Position numbers and translations under genes: made by a program. This document shows, piece by piece, positions 1 through 12,977 of a DNA stretch of 64,000 nt; position 1 is the first letter of the stretch; every line of letters begins with the position of its first letter. This DNA is from Gracilinanus agilis (lineage: Eukaryota), in assembly GCF_016433145.1 (NCBI RefSeq), contig NC_058130.1:784204020-784268019 (forward strand), in the 5' to 3' direction. The notes beneath the pieces were generated by a model, which was not told the origin of the DNA, made no database searches, and was given only the letters and a program-made list of their open reading frames with translations.

Positions 1-100
1 AGCTGTGTGACCCTGGGCAAGTCACTTAACCCTTGTTCATCGCTTGGCCCTTCCCACTCTTCTGCCTTGGACGGATTCGGAGGCAAAAGGTGACGGTTTA
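1..100 (+). mobile_element. SINE1_Mdo-like SINE, 3' part
   Basis: agctgtgtgaccctgggcaagtcacttaaccc...cactcttctgccttgg...aaggtgacggttta. Confidence 0.8.
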
Positions 101-305
101 GAGAAAACCCCCCAAAATATCTCAGGACACAAACAACCTGGTCAGATCCCCAGGGCTCGACCACTGAGGCCCTCCCTCTAATGGAGGGTCTGTGCTTCTG
201 CGAGGGAGGCTGGGGCAGGAGGCCATGGGCCAGGCCACACCACGGAAACCTGGAAGGATTACGGAGGGCTTCTACGCTCTACTCTGGGCAGCTCAAAGCC
301 TCAGA

Positions 306-587
306 AGATAGAGCACTCGGCCCTGTGTTCAAATCTAGCCTTGGACACTAACTGCGTGATCCTGGGCAAGTCGCTTCACCCTGTTTGCCTCAGTTTCCTC
401 ATCTGTAAAACAAACTGGAGAAGGAAATGGCCAACTGCTCCAGGATGTCTGCCAAGAAAACCCCAAACTCCATTTGCCTCAGTTTCCTCATCTATAAAAT
501 TAAGCTGGAGAAGAAAATGGCCAATCGCTCTGGGATCTCTGCCTAGAAAATTCCAAATGGGGGAATTGGACATGACTGAACAACAAG
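306..587 (+). mobile_element. MAR1-type core SINE with ~85-bp internal duplication
   Basis: tttgcctcagtttcctcatct...gagaaggaaatggccaa...caaa occurs at ~384 and ~473; tail ggacatgactgaacaacaa. Confidence 0.8.
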
Positions 588-825
588 TCTCTACTCCTTC
601 CCGCACCCCATCCTGAGACCCCAAAGTGAACCCCCAGCCAGATGGGAAAGACATAAGACCCCTCCAGGGCAAGGACAGAATGTGGTCTGGAAGTCCCTGG
701 AGGGAGAGCCCCTTCCCTCTTGTCTCTGCAGGTACACCATGGAGGGCTGTTGCATTGAGGGGCAGGAGTGTGCAGTCCCCAGCCCTGAGGATACCCCATT
801 GGGCCGGAGCTCACTGGGCACTCAC

Positions 826-934
826 CTACTAGCAACCAGATGGCAAAGCGCAGCCAGGTCATATAACTCAGCTTCAGCATGAGACAGATGTTCAGAAGGA
901 TGCTGAGGGCCGGAGTCAGGGGCACCCAAGGGAT
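826..934 (-). CDS. SLC7A4: SLC7A4 coding exon 3 (terminal exon lies outside the window, left of base 1)
   Basis: ctag|ATC CCT TGG GTG reads IPWVPLTPALSILLNICLMLKLSYMTWLRFAIWLLV(G); donor G|GTGAGT; 109 nt. No GLxVYFGYG-type final exon was found in 1-825. Confidence 0.94.
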
Positions 935-1709
935 CTAGAGGACAGGGGAAGGCAAAGCTCAGGAGTGGGGGAGGGGGTGGGAGTGGGGACCTGAGCAGGA
1001 AGGGGGGGTGACCCACTCCGACCCCTCCCCAGGCTACAGCAGTTCACGTGTGGATGCTGGAGTAGCAGGATGAATATCGGCTTGAGCAAGGCCTCTCCCC
1101 TTTGCCTTCGCTGGCTCCTCATTCCCTCTCTCCTCCCTAGTCTCAAAATGACCCCTTGAGCCTTGACCAGGGTGAGAAGAGTCATCCTCGGGCTCAGAAA
1201 GCAACTTTGCTTAGTAGTGCACCAAGAGAAACCGGAGCCACCAAGCTGAGACCCCTCCAGGGCCAGGAGGCAAAAAAGGGCCCCAGAGATCTCTCACAGA
1301 CCCTCTTGGGATGGCCTGGCCTGGAGGAAGAGAGGAGAAGGGAGCAAAAGGGAAAGAAAAACATTGTCTAACCATCCAAACCACTGAAAAGGCTAATGGG
1401 GTATCTCCTAAGGTAGTGAGCTCTCCATCCATGAAGATCTTACAACCTTCAGCGGCAGGCCTTCCCCTTTAGCATTTACCCTTGGCTCCCCTGCTAGAAT
1501 GGCAGCCCCTTGGGGGAAGGACTCTCTCTTGCCTTTCTTTGCATCCTTAATAAATAAACATTTAACTGAGCGACTTTTGTGTTTGTAGCTTTGTTGCTCT
1601 TCAGGGGGTTCCTTTAAATTCTGCTCTTCTCTGACTCTGGGAAGAAGGGAAATTAGGAGGGAGGGCGGCTGGGGCTGGGGACGGAGGAGAGGAGGGGGTG
1701 GAGAGTTAC

Positions 1710-2356
1710 CTGGAAAGTGTCCTGGCTTGGCTGCTGCTGATGGGCACTGAGGAGGAACAGGCTGAACAGGAAGGCCAGGCTGCAGAGAACCAGCAGGAAG
1801 GCGGTGCACCAGCGGGGCAGATGCAGGGGGGAATCTCCAAAGATGAGCACGCAGCTGAGGCCAATGGCAGACACCATGAGCCCCGCCAGGGCCCAGGTCA
1901 CAGCAGCCCCTGGGCTGCAGCGGGTGCCCAGAAAGGGCAGGTAAGGCCGCCAGGCCAGCTTGAGCTGGCCCGGCTCGGGGGCCTCGGCCTGGGTGGCCCC
2001 CACCAGCTGCAGCCGGTCACAGAAGGACTCATACTCCTTGGAGGGTGGTTCTGGACTGGCTGGGGCCGGCGGCGAGCTGGGGGCCGGGGCTCTCTGGAAG
2101 CGCAGGACGATGATACTGGCTGCCACAAAAGTGTAGGCCAGCAGCGTCCCAATGGACAGGAACTGGACCAGGGCCTCCAGGTCTAAGACCAAGGCCAGCA
2201 GCGCCATGAGGCCTCCAAACACCACGATGGCCACGACCGGCACCTGGGTCTTGGGGTGCACGTGGGCAAACGCCTGGAAGAAGAGTCCGTCGGTAGCCAT
2301 GGCGTAGACGATTCTCGGCAGGGAGAAGAGATTACTGAGCAGGACGGTGTTCATGG
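1710..2356 (-). CDS. SLC7A4: SLC7A4 coding exon 2
   Basis: acag|CC ATG AAC reads (A)MNTVLLSNLFSLPRIVYAMATDGLFF...QDTFQ; donor CAG|GTAACT. 647 nt; phases fit both neighbouring exons. Confidence 0.96.
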
Positions 2357-3282
2357 CTGTGGGAGAGGCCCAGGAGCCGGGTCAGCTCAGAGCAGGGGCC
2401 GGGGAAAGGAGGGGAGCTCAGGGGTGGGCCCAGCTGATCATCTCGGGGTGTCTGGGAGGGCGGAGGGGGTCCATCTGCATCTGTTCCCCCCCCAACCCCT
2501 CATGGCCCAGGTCAGAGCAGACCTAAGGCAAACAATAACATCTAACATCAACATTTATTGCCATGTTTGCTCATTCAGTCTTCACAAGAACCCATTTTAG
2601 AGAGGAGGAAACTGAGGCTGACGGGTCAGCAGCTTGCCCAGGGCCACCCACCCAGCTAGTTGATTGTCTGACTCTGGCTCCCCCAGCTGGCTGTCTGGAT
2701 CTGCAGTTAGGTGGGTACCCCAGGAGAGCCCCCCTTAACCTGCCTGGATTTGGCATCCCCACCTGCCAAATCAGGGGGTCGGACGAGGAGTTCTCTGACA
2801 CCCCGAACTCCACCATCCCGTGACAGGCTTTGATGAGGCCGTGGGAGGTGGGTGCTGTTATTATCCCATTTGACAGATGAGGCAACAGAGGCCCAGAGAG
2901 GCTCCGTGTTTTGCCCAGGGTCTCACAGCGAGCCAGTGTCTGAGGTAGGATTTGAACTCAGGCCTTCCTGACTCCGATCCACTGCGCCTGTGGTGGCCCC
3001 CTTTGGGGCTTGACCGTTTCCCTCTCAGGTCCTCTATTGGGCGGTCATTGTGGCACGGCTAGTCCCTGACTTGGTCCTGTCACCAGACCGCCCTAGAAGG
3101 CCCCAACACGGCCAGGCCCGGACATGTTGGTCGGCTGGCCCCAGAGGAGGAGCGCGGGGTGAAGGGAACCTCCCTGAAAAACCACGGCCAGGCTGGCGGC
3201 CCCCCCCCCGGGCACCCAGGGCCAGAGGCAGCCCCCCCCACCCCGGGCCCCCAGCTGCCTCCCTCCTGCCTCCCGCACTCAC

Positions 3283-4264
3283 CGCAGATGGATCCCGCAG
3301 CCACAATGAAGCCGGCCCAGCCGTAGCCACGCCGGTAGAAAGCATCGGCCAGCGCCGACTCCGGGTCCAGGCTGTACCAGGGCACCATGAGGGTCAGGAC
3401 CATGGACACCAGGATGTAGGCCCCGGCCACCAGGCTCAGGGAGATGGCGATGGCCACGGGCACTGCCCGCTTGGGGTTCCTGGCCTCTTCGCTGGAGGCA
3501 GCGATGACGTCGAAGCCCACGAAGGCGTAGAAGCAGGTGGCCGTGCCCGCCAGGATGCCCGAGAAGCCGAAGGGGGCGAAGCCGCCCTCCTGGGCGCCCC
3601 AGTTCTTGGGCTGCGCCAGGACGAAGCCCAGGACGACGATGAAGACGATGACACCCAGGCTGAGGGCAGAGAAGATGTGGTTGAGCCAGGAGGAGACGCG
3701 GGCCCCGCAGGAAACAAAGGCGGCCGCGATCAGCAGGATGCCCGCCGCCAGGAAGTCCGGGTAGCGGGCGAGGAAGGGCACCCGCCACACGCCCACGTGG
3801 GTCTCCGTGAAGTTCCGGATGTGGTGACTGAAGATGGAATCCAGGTAGCCGCTCCAGGCGCGGGCCACGGCGGCGCCCCCGATCATGTACTCCAGGAGGA
3901 CGTTCCAGCCGATGAGGAAGGCCCAGAGCTCGCCCATGGACACGTACGTGAACATGTAGGCCGAGCCCGTGCGCGGAACCCGGGCCCCGAACTCCGCGTA
4001 GCACAGGGCGGCCAGCAGCGAGGCCACGGCGGCCACAGCGAAGGACACGAGCACCGCCGGGCCCGCCATCTCCTTGGCCACCGTGCCCGTGAGCACGTAG
4101 AGGCCCGAGCCCACCATGCCCCCGATGCCCAGCAGCGCCAAGTCCAGGGTGGACAGGCAGCGCCTCAGGGACGTCTCCATCATGGCATCTTCCAGGGGCT
4201 TCAGGCGGTTGAGCTTCTGGCAGAGACGGGCCAGGCTGGCGGCACTGGGAAGCCCCCACGCCAT
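3283..4264 (-). CDS. SLC7A4: SLC7A4 (cationic amino acid transporter 4), first large coding exon
   Basis: ATG at 4264 reads MAWGLPSAASLARLCQKLNRLKPLED...LGIGGMVGSGLYVLTG...FYAFVGFDVIAASSEEARNP...AAGSIC, matching the CAT4 family. 982 nt, phase-1 donor G|GTGAGT at 3282. Upstream acceptor ccttctggcccccgcag| opens the exon at 4337. Confidence 0.96.
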
Positions 4265-6279
4265 GCTGGGGGAGCGGCCGGGCGCCAAGGGCTGGGCGAC
4301 GAGGAGGTCGAGAAGGGGCCGAGAGCCGGCGCCTGTCCTGCGGGGGCCAGAAGGAAACGGGGCGGCTGAGCTCCAGCCAAGGGCGCCGCCCCACGCAGAC
4401 AGACACACAGGGCTGCGGGACGCCCGGCCTGAGGGAAGGACGTCGAGGTCAAGTCTGGCCTCACACTCGACCTGCAGTGGGACTCTGAACAAGTCACTTA
4501 CCCGCCGCCCGCCTCCGTTTTCTCATCTGTAAAAGGAGGTTCACAGCAGCGCCTCCCTCCTGCATGGGGTTGTTTTGAGGGTAAATACGATAATATCGGC
4601 CAAGCGCCGTGTAAACTACGAGCCACGCGAGCACACGCGGCATGCGTCAGACATCCAGGAGCCTCACCGCCCGGCCCCAGAGCCGGGGGTCCAGGCTGGG
4701 GCTCCCAACTGGCCGGAGAACGGAGCGTGTGGCCAGGACCGAGAACCGGAGAGCAGCAGGCCGGCTCCCCTGCCCTGTGTCCATCCCCGGGAAAGCCTGC
4801 AGCCCCGGGCTGCGCCCCCTCAGTTCTCAGGCACTCCGTACCCCAGAAGGGCGAGAGGCCAGCGCCCGGCTGTGCCCAGGACACCCTCTGAGGCCCAACC
4901 GTGGCGACTCTTCTGCCACTGAGCAGAACTGGGGACGTCCATCGGGCCCTGCTCCCTTCTCTCCGATCTTTAGCCTCCTTCTCTGCTGTCTCAGACCCCC
5001 AACCTTCCAAAGCCTCCTCTCGACCCCGCTGTGCTGCCAAGCTGGCGCCCCATGTCTCCCCCCCTTTCTCAACCAAACTTGGAAAAGTGGGCTTTGCGTC
5101 TGGCTTCCGACCTCCACACTCTATGGAAACGCCTCCCCAAATGACCAGCGAGCTCCCCCTTACCTTCTGGCGTGGTAAGGGCTAGGCAATGGCGGTTAAG
5201 TGACTTGCCCAGGGTCACGCAGCCAGGAAGTGTCTGAATTTAACTCAGGACCTCCCTGGGTGTAGACCCGCCCTCGGTCCCCTGAGCCCCCCAGTGGCCC
5301 CTCTGATGATCTTTTCTTAGCCTCACTCCTCTTGGGCATCTCTGCTGTGGCTGACACTGCGGACTGCCCCCTCCCAGGATGCTCTCTCCGTTCTGGGTTT
5401 CAGGGCCCCTCCTGTGCCTGCATCCCGTCCCTGCATCCCTCTTCATTGCCTTCCCTCCTCCTTCTCCTCCGGGTTCGCCCATCGCCTGCCCCCAGCAACC
5501 CTTGGCCCTAGGCTCCCTGGGATTTCATGATCTCCTCCCCAGAGGGGTCTCCCCATGGCTGCAGCAGCCCCTGGCTCTCCCCTGAGCCTCAGCCCTTCCT
5601 CCCCATTTCAGTCTGGACGTCTGGGACACGCCTCGGCCAGCCCAAAAGAGAACCTTCCCGGCCACCAGAGCCAGCCCTCTCTGGAGCCTCCCAGCGTCTG
5701 GCGGGGCAGGAGCGTCTTCCCAGGCGCCGAGCCCCTTCCACGTACCCCACCAGTGGCCGTGGCTGACCACCCCCTTCCCCCCCAGCGTGGCACCCAGCCA
5801 GCAGCCCAGTGAAAACCCCTCGGCACCTCTCGCCGGGCTAACCGATGGCCTCCCGTGTTCCCCCGCCCCAGAGCTCTCCCCACTCTCTTCTCTGGCTCTC
5901 CCAGCTGGCAAAGGGCTTTCCCTTAAGTGGGGACCAAACCATGTTCCACTCCAACTCTGCCGCCCTGGTGGTGGCGCCCGATGGAGCCTCCAATCAAATA
6001 GAAATGCTGGGCAGCCCTCCAGGCCCTTTCCAGCCCCTCCCACCCTCCTCTAGAAGCCTCACTGCCCGCAGCAGCCCAGCCAGACTGGCCTCCTCTCTGT
6101 TCTGTACCCCAAAGGCTCCATCTCTCCTCCCCCTGCCTTTGCACGGGCGGGTCCTCACCTCCATCTCCACGCCATCTTTTCCTTCAGGAGGCCGCAGCCT
6201 TTTCAGATGCCCTCAACGCCCAGTTCCTGCGTGTCGCTCCCACAGAACATTAGAAATGCATATATGTGAGGGGCTCCCA

Positions 6280-6540
6280 AACAGGCTCGTGTATGTGGGG
6301 TGCGTGGCTGTAGCATGTTCTTTGTGGGAGGCACATACGTGTGGAAATGTGTACATCCATGTACAAACACATCCGTGTATCCTGTGCATGTGGGCATAGA
6401 CAGACCCCAGGCGTGCACAGTGCAGGAAGCCTGTATGTGTGTGTATGTGTCACGGGAGGCTGCTGGGAGCCTGTACATTCTGCAGGAGGCGCGTGTGTCC
6501 ATGTGTGCTGGCAGGGGCACGAGTGGACACGTGGGTGCCC
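6280..6540. repeat. Degenerate (TG/CA)-rich low-complexity tract
   Basis: Runs of gtgtgt, tgtatg and tgcatg in the SLC7A4 upstream intron/5' region. Confidence 0.7.
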
Positions 6541-7029
6541 ACGCGGGGCGCCCCAAGTCCCTGCAGCCTCACTGATGGAGGCGCCAGTCTGAGGGGCACA
6601 GAGAAGGCCTGGGGAGGCCGGGGGAGGGGAAGGCAGCCTGCAGGGTCCCCAGGGCCAGCCCACACCCATTGCGCACACACCCACAGCCTGTCAGGCAGGT
6701 CTGCAGCCCGGATCTCTCCATTAACAAGGGCAGGAGAGCTGGATCTGCCTCTCAGCCTCCCCACGGGCAGGGCCGGCAGGAAGGGGTCCCTGGGAGGAGA
6801 GGGGTCAGGTGGGGAGGCCCGCTGGGAGAAGGGAGGCACTGAGGCCAGAACCCTGAGCCCCAGCCCCGAGTCTTCATTCCTCCGGGAGAAGCCAGAGCAG
6901 GAGAGCCCCAGCCAACAGGCCCTCCACCTCCCACAGCCAGCCGGGCAGGGGCGGCTCCCATCTGTGCCTCCCTTCAGACGCCAGCCAAGTGCCTGAGGGC
7001 TTGTCAGCTCAGCTTCCGCCCCCCCCCCC

Positions 7030-7264
7030 NNNNNNNNNNNNNNNNNNNNNNNNNNNNNNNNNNNNNNNNNNNNNNNNNNNNNNNNNNNNNNNNNNNNNNN
7101 NNNNNNNNNNNNNNNNNNNNNNNNNNNNNNNNNNNNNNNNNNNNNNNNNNNNNNNNNNNNNNNNNNNNNNNNNNNNNNNNNNNNNNNNNNNNNNNNNNNN
7201 NNNNNNNNNNNNNNNNNNNNNNNNNNNNNNNNNNNNNNNNNNNNNNNNNNNNNNNNNNNNNNNN
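7030..7264. other. Assembly gap (235 N) in a GC-rich region, probably near the SLC7A4 promoter
   Basis: N run after a poly-C tract. Confidence 0.99.
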
Positions 7265-9109
7265 TCCTTGGCCCCCTCCCCCCATACTGAGCCTAACTCC
7301 TCCCTAGCGCGTGTCTACTGCCCCAGACACGCCCCCCTTCCTTCCACCCCTCCTGCCCTCTTCTCTTTCTCGAATCCTTCCCGGGCTCACACCGGCCCTT
7401 CCTGCCTGCCTGCCCCCATCCCACCCACCCCCAGCCCCCTGGAGTCCTTCCTCCTCCTCCTCCTCTATCCTTCCGGACCTTTGGGCCCCAACGCCACTTC
7501 TGTGGTCCCTGCTAGAGAAGGTCCTGGATGGAGCCCCGAGCAGGGAAGGGGAAATGCCTTCTACTGCTGGGGGGAGGGGTAAGAAAGTGTACGCAAAGTC
7601 CATAGAGTGCGCGGGGAGGGGGGCGGATGAAGCGAGCTAGGGGACCACAGAAGGGCTAGGGAGAGGCAGTGAAAAGGAAGCATGGATTCCCAGCCAAGCC
7701 CCCCACTGCTGTGGGCCAGTCACTAGGGGAACGGTGCAGAGAATGAGACGCCCTAATTTAGGGAGAGACAACAACAGCTGCGTAAACACTTACAGTGTAC
7801 CCAGAGGGGAGAGTCTTCAGGGCGCGGGGCACAGCCTAGGCAAAGGTGCAAAGGTAGGAAGTGGGTCGTCAAATAGTTGCAATAAGACAGTTTGTCCCAC
7901 TAGGGAAGAGAGGTCAGCCCGGCGCCCTCTTTGGAAAGAAAGCGGCGAGTCTCAGAGAGCCAGCTGGCCGCTACTCCATTTCCTTTCCTGCCTTTTTTTT
8001 TTTTAACATGATCAAGGGGGGCATGTGCTGGGCATGGCTATACATATTTGTTTTTCTTAGCTTCTCCATAGGTGAGGGAGGGAGAAGTGGAAGGAGAGAA
8101 TTTGGACCTGAGAAGAAAATAATTTGGATCAAAAAAAAAAAAAGAAAGGTTAGGCAAGATGAGAAGGGACTTAAATACCTAATGGAGAAGCCTGCATTCT
8201 ATTCTAGAAGCAATAGGGAGCCCCAGAAGTTTCTTGAAGAGAGGAGTGACTTGGTCAGTTAATCAGTCAACAAACATTTTTGAAATGCCCAGAATTGGGC
8301 ACTGTACCAGTAAAGGGTGGAGGATCTGGGAGCTCTCCAAGGTCCACTGGCCAATCAGAGGGAGATAAGGGGTTCCAGGGGCAGGAGGTTCTGAGGAGGT
8401 GCGAGTACCCTTCAATCCCAGGCTTATTCTGAGGGGCAACTAGGTAGCACAATGGCTAGAGTGTTGGGAAGACCCAATTTCAAATCCAGCCTTGGGCATT
8501 TATGAACTCTATGATTTGGGGAGTTATATGGTTTGATGTGTGCCTCAATTATCCATAATAATATATTGACTGGCTTGATTGCTTCCACGTTTACTGACTG
8601 TGTGACTCTGGCCATGTCATTTAACACCTGCCTGTCTCAGTTTCTTTCTCTGTAAAATGGGAATAATAATAGCACCTACCTTCCATGGTTGTTGGGAGAA
8701 TCAAATCAGATGTTATTTGTCAAGGTCTCTGCAAGCCTTTGGGTGTTCTATCAATGAGCTATTGTTACCAATAGTATAATATTGTTATTGTTCTTGATTT
8801 ACGCTTCACAGGTAGTTCTGGAATAAAATGCTGGTTGTTCTCATTCTGGGGATTAAGGCTGGAGAGATCAGCTTGGCTTTTGGTGTCTCTCTTTGTCCTG
8901 GGAGCCCCAGAGCCTGGCACACTACAGGCACTTACCAGCCCTTCTTTACAAATTGCTCAGCTCTTCTGATGCCCACATCTGCCCCCTGAGGCAGACAAAG
9001 GGAGGTGCGAAGGCCCAGCACCTCTGCATATGGGTCAGCTAGATCAGAAGAAACCAGGAGGTGGGGGAATGCCTCTGAAGTCCTGCAATCTTTGATTGGC
9101 AGCCAGGTG

Positions 9110-10290
9110 GTCCGGTGGATAGAGTACTGGGCTTGGAATGAGCTTCATGAGTTCAAATCTGGCCCCAGACACGTACTAATTGTGTGACCCTGGGCAAGTC
9201 ACTTCGCCCTGTTAGCCTCAGTTTCCTCATCTGTCAAATGAGCTGAAGAAGGAAATGAGTTCAAATCTAGCCTCAGAGACTTATTAATTGTGTGACTTTA
9301 GATAAGTCACTTTACCCCCTTTGCTTCAGTTTCTTTGCAGGAAGCCATCAAGCTCATGAGTTTAGCACAGCTCATCACTAGTTCTGAAACCCTCACAGCA
9401 GGTGCCAGAAGGATGGTTATTCTACTCAGTTCCCCCATGTGACTCTTCTCACTGACATTCCCTTTTACTGAAATTATTGTAATCAATATCCTTACTCAGC
9501 CCCAAGGAAACACAGGAAAACAATACAGGCTAATGGCAAGGCCATCCACACACCTCTCACAAACCCCTAAGTAAGCCCCTAAATAAATCTCTTCCTTATA
9601 TGTTATAATACAGAAATTCCCCTAGAAGTCACCTCACAACAAACCAGCATATAGTGAGTTAATGTTAAAGATTTTAAAACTCTAACTTAGATTCTCATAC
9701 GCTGATGCCTGCAAAAACAGACCAGAACAGTCTCCAAGTTTCCCCCCCTCCCTGATTCGATAGTTAACAATGGATGATAAATGGAGAAATTGCCCACAAA
9801 GGTTGGTACGTCCCATTCCACTGACTGGACTGCTTTCTCCACTCCATATCCAAGGAGTCAAGTAAACACACCTTGAAAAGTTGTTAGTAACAAGGTTGTT
9901 GGTAACAAGGTTAGTGTATGACTTGTTCACTATCTCCAAGAAATGACGCATGTTGATTATGGAATATCCATACCAACCCTGTACGTAACCATAAGAAAAG
10001 AAAAGGTATAAATAAAGAAATCAGCAGATGGCACTAGGACAGCCTCTGTGAATACCATCTGAATCTCTGGCTGTGCTAATTCAACCACACTGACACTGCC
10101 ACACCCCCAAGTTTCCTGTCCTATGAAAGCAGGCCTTTTGCATTTCTTCATTTGTAAAATGAGCTGAAGAAGGAAATGAGTTCAACTCTAGCCTCAGAGA
10201 CTTATTAATTGTGTGACCCTGGATAAGTCACTTTACCACCTTTGCCTCAATTTCCTCATTTGTAAAATGATCTAGAAAAGGAAATGAGCC
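9110..10290 (+). mobile_element. MAR1/MIR-type SINE with three tandem core units, interrupted by the LTR
   Basis: Unit gagttcaaatct...gtgtgac...cagtttc.tcat.tgtaaaatg...gaaggaaat repeated at ~9159, ~9257 and ~10178. Confidence 0.8.
9336..10142 (+). mobile_element. Solo LTR (807 bp, 6-bp TSD) inside a MAR1/MIR-type SINE
   Basis: TGCA...TGCA ends; TSD TTTCTT at 9330-9335 and 10143-10148; TATAAA/AATAAA at 10007-10016. The interrupted SINE core resumes exactly after it. Confidence 0.82.
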
Positions 10291-10399
10291 CGGGAGGTGC
10301 TTAATAAATGTTTGTGTCTTACCTTCCTGAAGTCTTCCCTCCACATGACACTAAGCCATTAATGCCTGGTCTTTGGGTCCCTCACCCACCTGATTACAC

Positions 10400-10960
10400 T
10401 CTCAGCTTTCTTCTGTCTTTATGGTCTTTGAGCTTTCCAAGCTCATCGTTCCACTGAAACCGCTGCCCAATCCAGTGCCAGCCTCCATTCTCATACTTAC
10501 TGGCCTCTCTGCCCATCCTTTCTTCTCTCCCTGTCCTCCATCTAAGTCTCTGACCACTCTTCGCCTGGATCATGCCCTCAGACTGTGGCTGTCCCGTGGA
10601 GCTCTGCCCTGCACCCGTCTCATCAGCTCCCATGGACTCGATGAATGCCCCTGGGCTGATGATTCTCCCATCTGCCCCTCCTGCCCCATCTCTGCAGACC
10701 TCCAAGCTCACATTTTCCACTAGATGGATGCCCAATAGACTGCCTTAACTGGCAACATCCAAAACAGAATGGTCCTCTTTCCTCGGAGGCCTGTCAATGC
10801 CACCTCTGCAGCATCACTCAGCACCCCCCTCTTCTCTTCTGTCACGGCTCTCACCCTGGCCCAGACCCTCATCCCTGCAATGGCTTCTGGGGCCTGCCTG
10901 CTTCACATCCCATTGCGCACCTCACTCCCTTTCCCCCCACTAAATGAAAACCTGGATCTC
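10400..10960 (+). mobile_element. Old L2 LINE ORF2/3' fragment
   Basis: Degenerate RT motif LISSHG...WADDS (YADD-like) and L2-type caacatccaaaacagaa segment. Confidence 0.7.
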
Positions 10961-12977
10961 CCTATTGTTTCAGGAGCCTGCACTCCCTCAGTGTCTTCTT
11001 ATAGCTGCTCCTCATGCCCGGCTTCTCCAGGCATTCACCCTTGCCACTAGCAATGTGTGTTCATGGGAGAGTGTTCCACTGGCCATCTTTTTCATATTTC
11101 CTGAAATGCCTCCTGATGTGGCATCTCTCCATCTTGGCCACAGTGATACCACGAGAGATCTTTGCCAAATGCATTGGGGAAACCTGGGGAAACAATAGTG
11201 ATAGAATTCACACTGGAGGAGAAGGGAGAGAGAATGAGCCTGGCATCTAAGTGGCACGTGGAACTCCCAGGGGAGGAAGCTCATCTCACTAAAGCAGGTC
11301 AGCTGCCATCTCTGGAATTTCTAGTTACAAAATCACCATCCCTGAGCCAAGGGATTAGTAGGTGGCTGACCCCAGGTTTTCCTGGCTCCAAGAATGATGT
11401 CCTGTTGCCTCTCTGCTAAGTGGCAAGATGGCACCATGGAGAAAGTGCTGGACTTGAACTCAGGAAGCCACAGATTCAAAGACTCGATGGTTTAGCTTGG
11501 TGATCCTGAGTGAGTCCAGGAGGACGTGCCTCATGGGTGGAGGACATGCCGAGCCCTCCTTGGGGCTGCTCATCCTCCTTTGGTGCCCACCCACCACCCA
11601 GCTCTCCCCCATGGCTCCAAGAAGCCACAGCTTGTACTGCAACCATCTCAGCATCTTGGTTACCCATCTTGTGGGGAATCAAAAGGCCTCAGACCTATTC
11701 ATGATTCAAGGGTGTCTACACCAGGCAAGTGAAGACATTGCCTGGAAGAATGGGTGGGTGAGATGATGTGTTCCAATGGCCTTGATGCTCCAGGGATGCT
11801 CCAAGCTTGGTCAAACGTGGAAGGTGCCAAGGCCATCCACCTCCTCCCAGCCATCGCCCGGGCATCCTGACTTTTGTCTTGCTACTAGACTTGGGCAACA
11901 CTGGAAAAGAGATGGCTGTGCCACCTGGCCTCACCTAGATCCAGCGCATGGGCAAGGCGAGACGTCACCCTCTCATGGCTCTTCCCTGCATGCCACAGTC
12001 AATGACGGCCCATTCTGCTGCCCTTGGCACTCTACACCCATAATCCTACGCCCTGCTCTCATGCTCATCCTTGGGCACCAGCCTGGGTCTCCATCTCTTG
12101 CACATCCTAATGGCAGAGCGGATCCAGAGGTTCCCCACAAATTCCCATCAGTGACACTATAGAAACTCACTCGAGCAGCTCAGTACAGAGATTGCTGGGT
12201 GGGAAAGAGAAGGAGGCCGCCTCATCTGGTAACTAGGAAAAGCTCTTCAGCAAGGCTCCTTCCCTAGGAGCTGGATGTTATAGGGCATAGAGCTGGGCCC
12301 AGGCAGGGAAGTCCCGAATTCAAATCCCACCCCACAATTCATTTCATCCTTGTCTGCCTCAGTTTCCTATTCTGTAAATTGGGAATAATGAGAACATCTA
12401 TCTCCTGGGGTTGTTGAGAGGATCCAATGAGATGATCATTATAAAACCTTTGGCAGCACACATGGCACCTTGTAAGGACCATGAAAATATTAGCTGTTAA
12501 TTAGAGGCAGCCCCATGCGCACACACTCTGCTCAGAAGCTATCATGTCCAATCCCTTCATTTTACAGGTAAGGAAATGAAGGCAGACAGAGTTTTTGTGA
12601 CTCATCCAGCGTCACCCAGCTGACACATGCCCAAGGTTGGATTTGAACTCAAGTCCTCTTGGCTCCAACTCTAGCATCTGGGCACTCCTCAATGTCCTGT
12701 CAGTTCCTTACGGACAGGCTTCTTGAGGTCTTCGAGGACCGAGTGGCTCAAGCTTCACCCCTGGACGAGAGAAGCCTCAGGGGTGGCTTCCCTGGCTCTT
12801 CAGAGAGAATGATCCGGGCCATTGGAAACACTGGCCAGCCAGGGGGGCAGCACCCTCGTAGGCCCGGCTCCTAGTGTAGCCCCCCGACTTTGTGCTGCTT
12901 TTCTGCTTCCTTTGGAGCCTCTTCTCAGATTATTCTCATTCTTTTTCAGTCCTCTCCTGTCTCAGAACTAGGGTTCA

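Noticed and set aside
3050-4406. 439-aa (+) and 375-aa (-) ORFs overlapping SLC7A4
   Set aside because: Shadow frames of a very high-GC3 exon; low-complexity G/A/R/P composition and no domain features.
11000-12200. Possible zinc-finger or other pseudogene (an IHTG-like string near 11205)
   Set aside because: No C2H2 spacing or repeated linkers; nothing recognisable in any frame.
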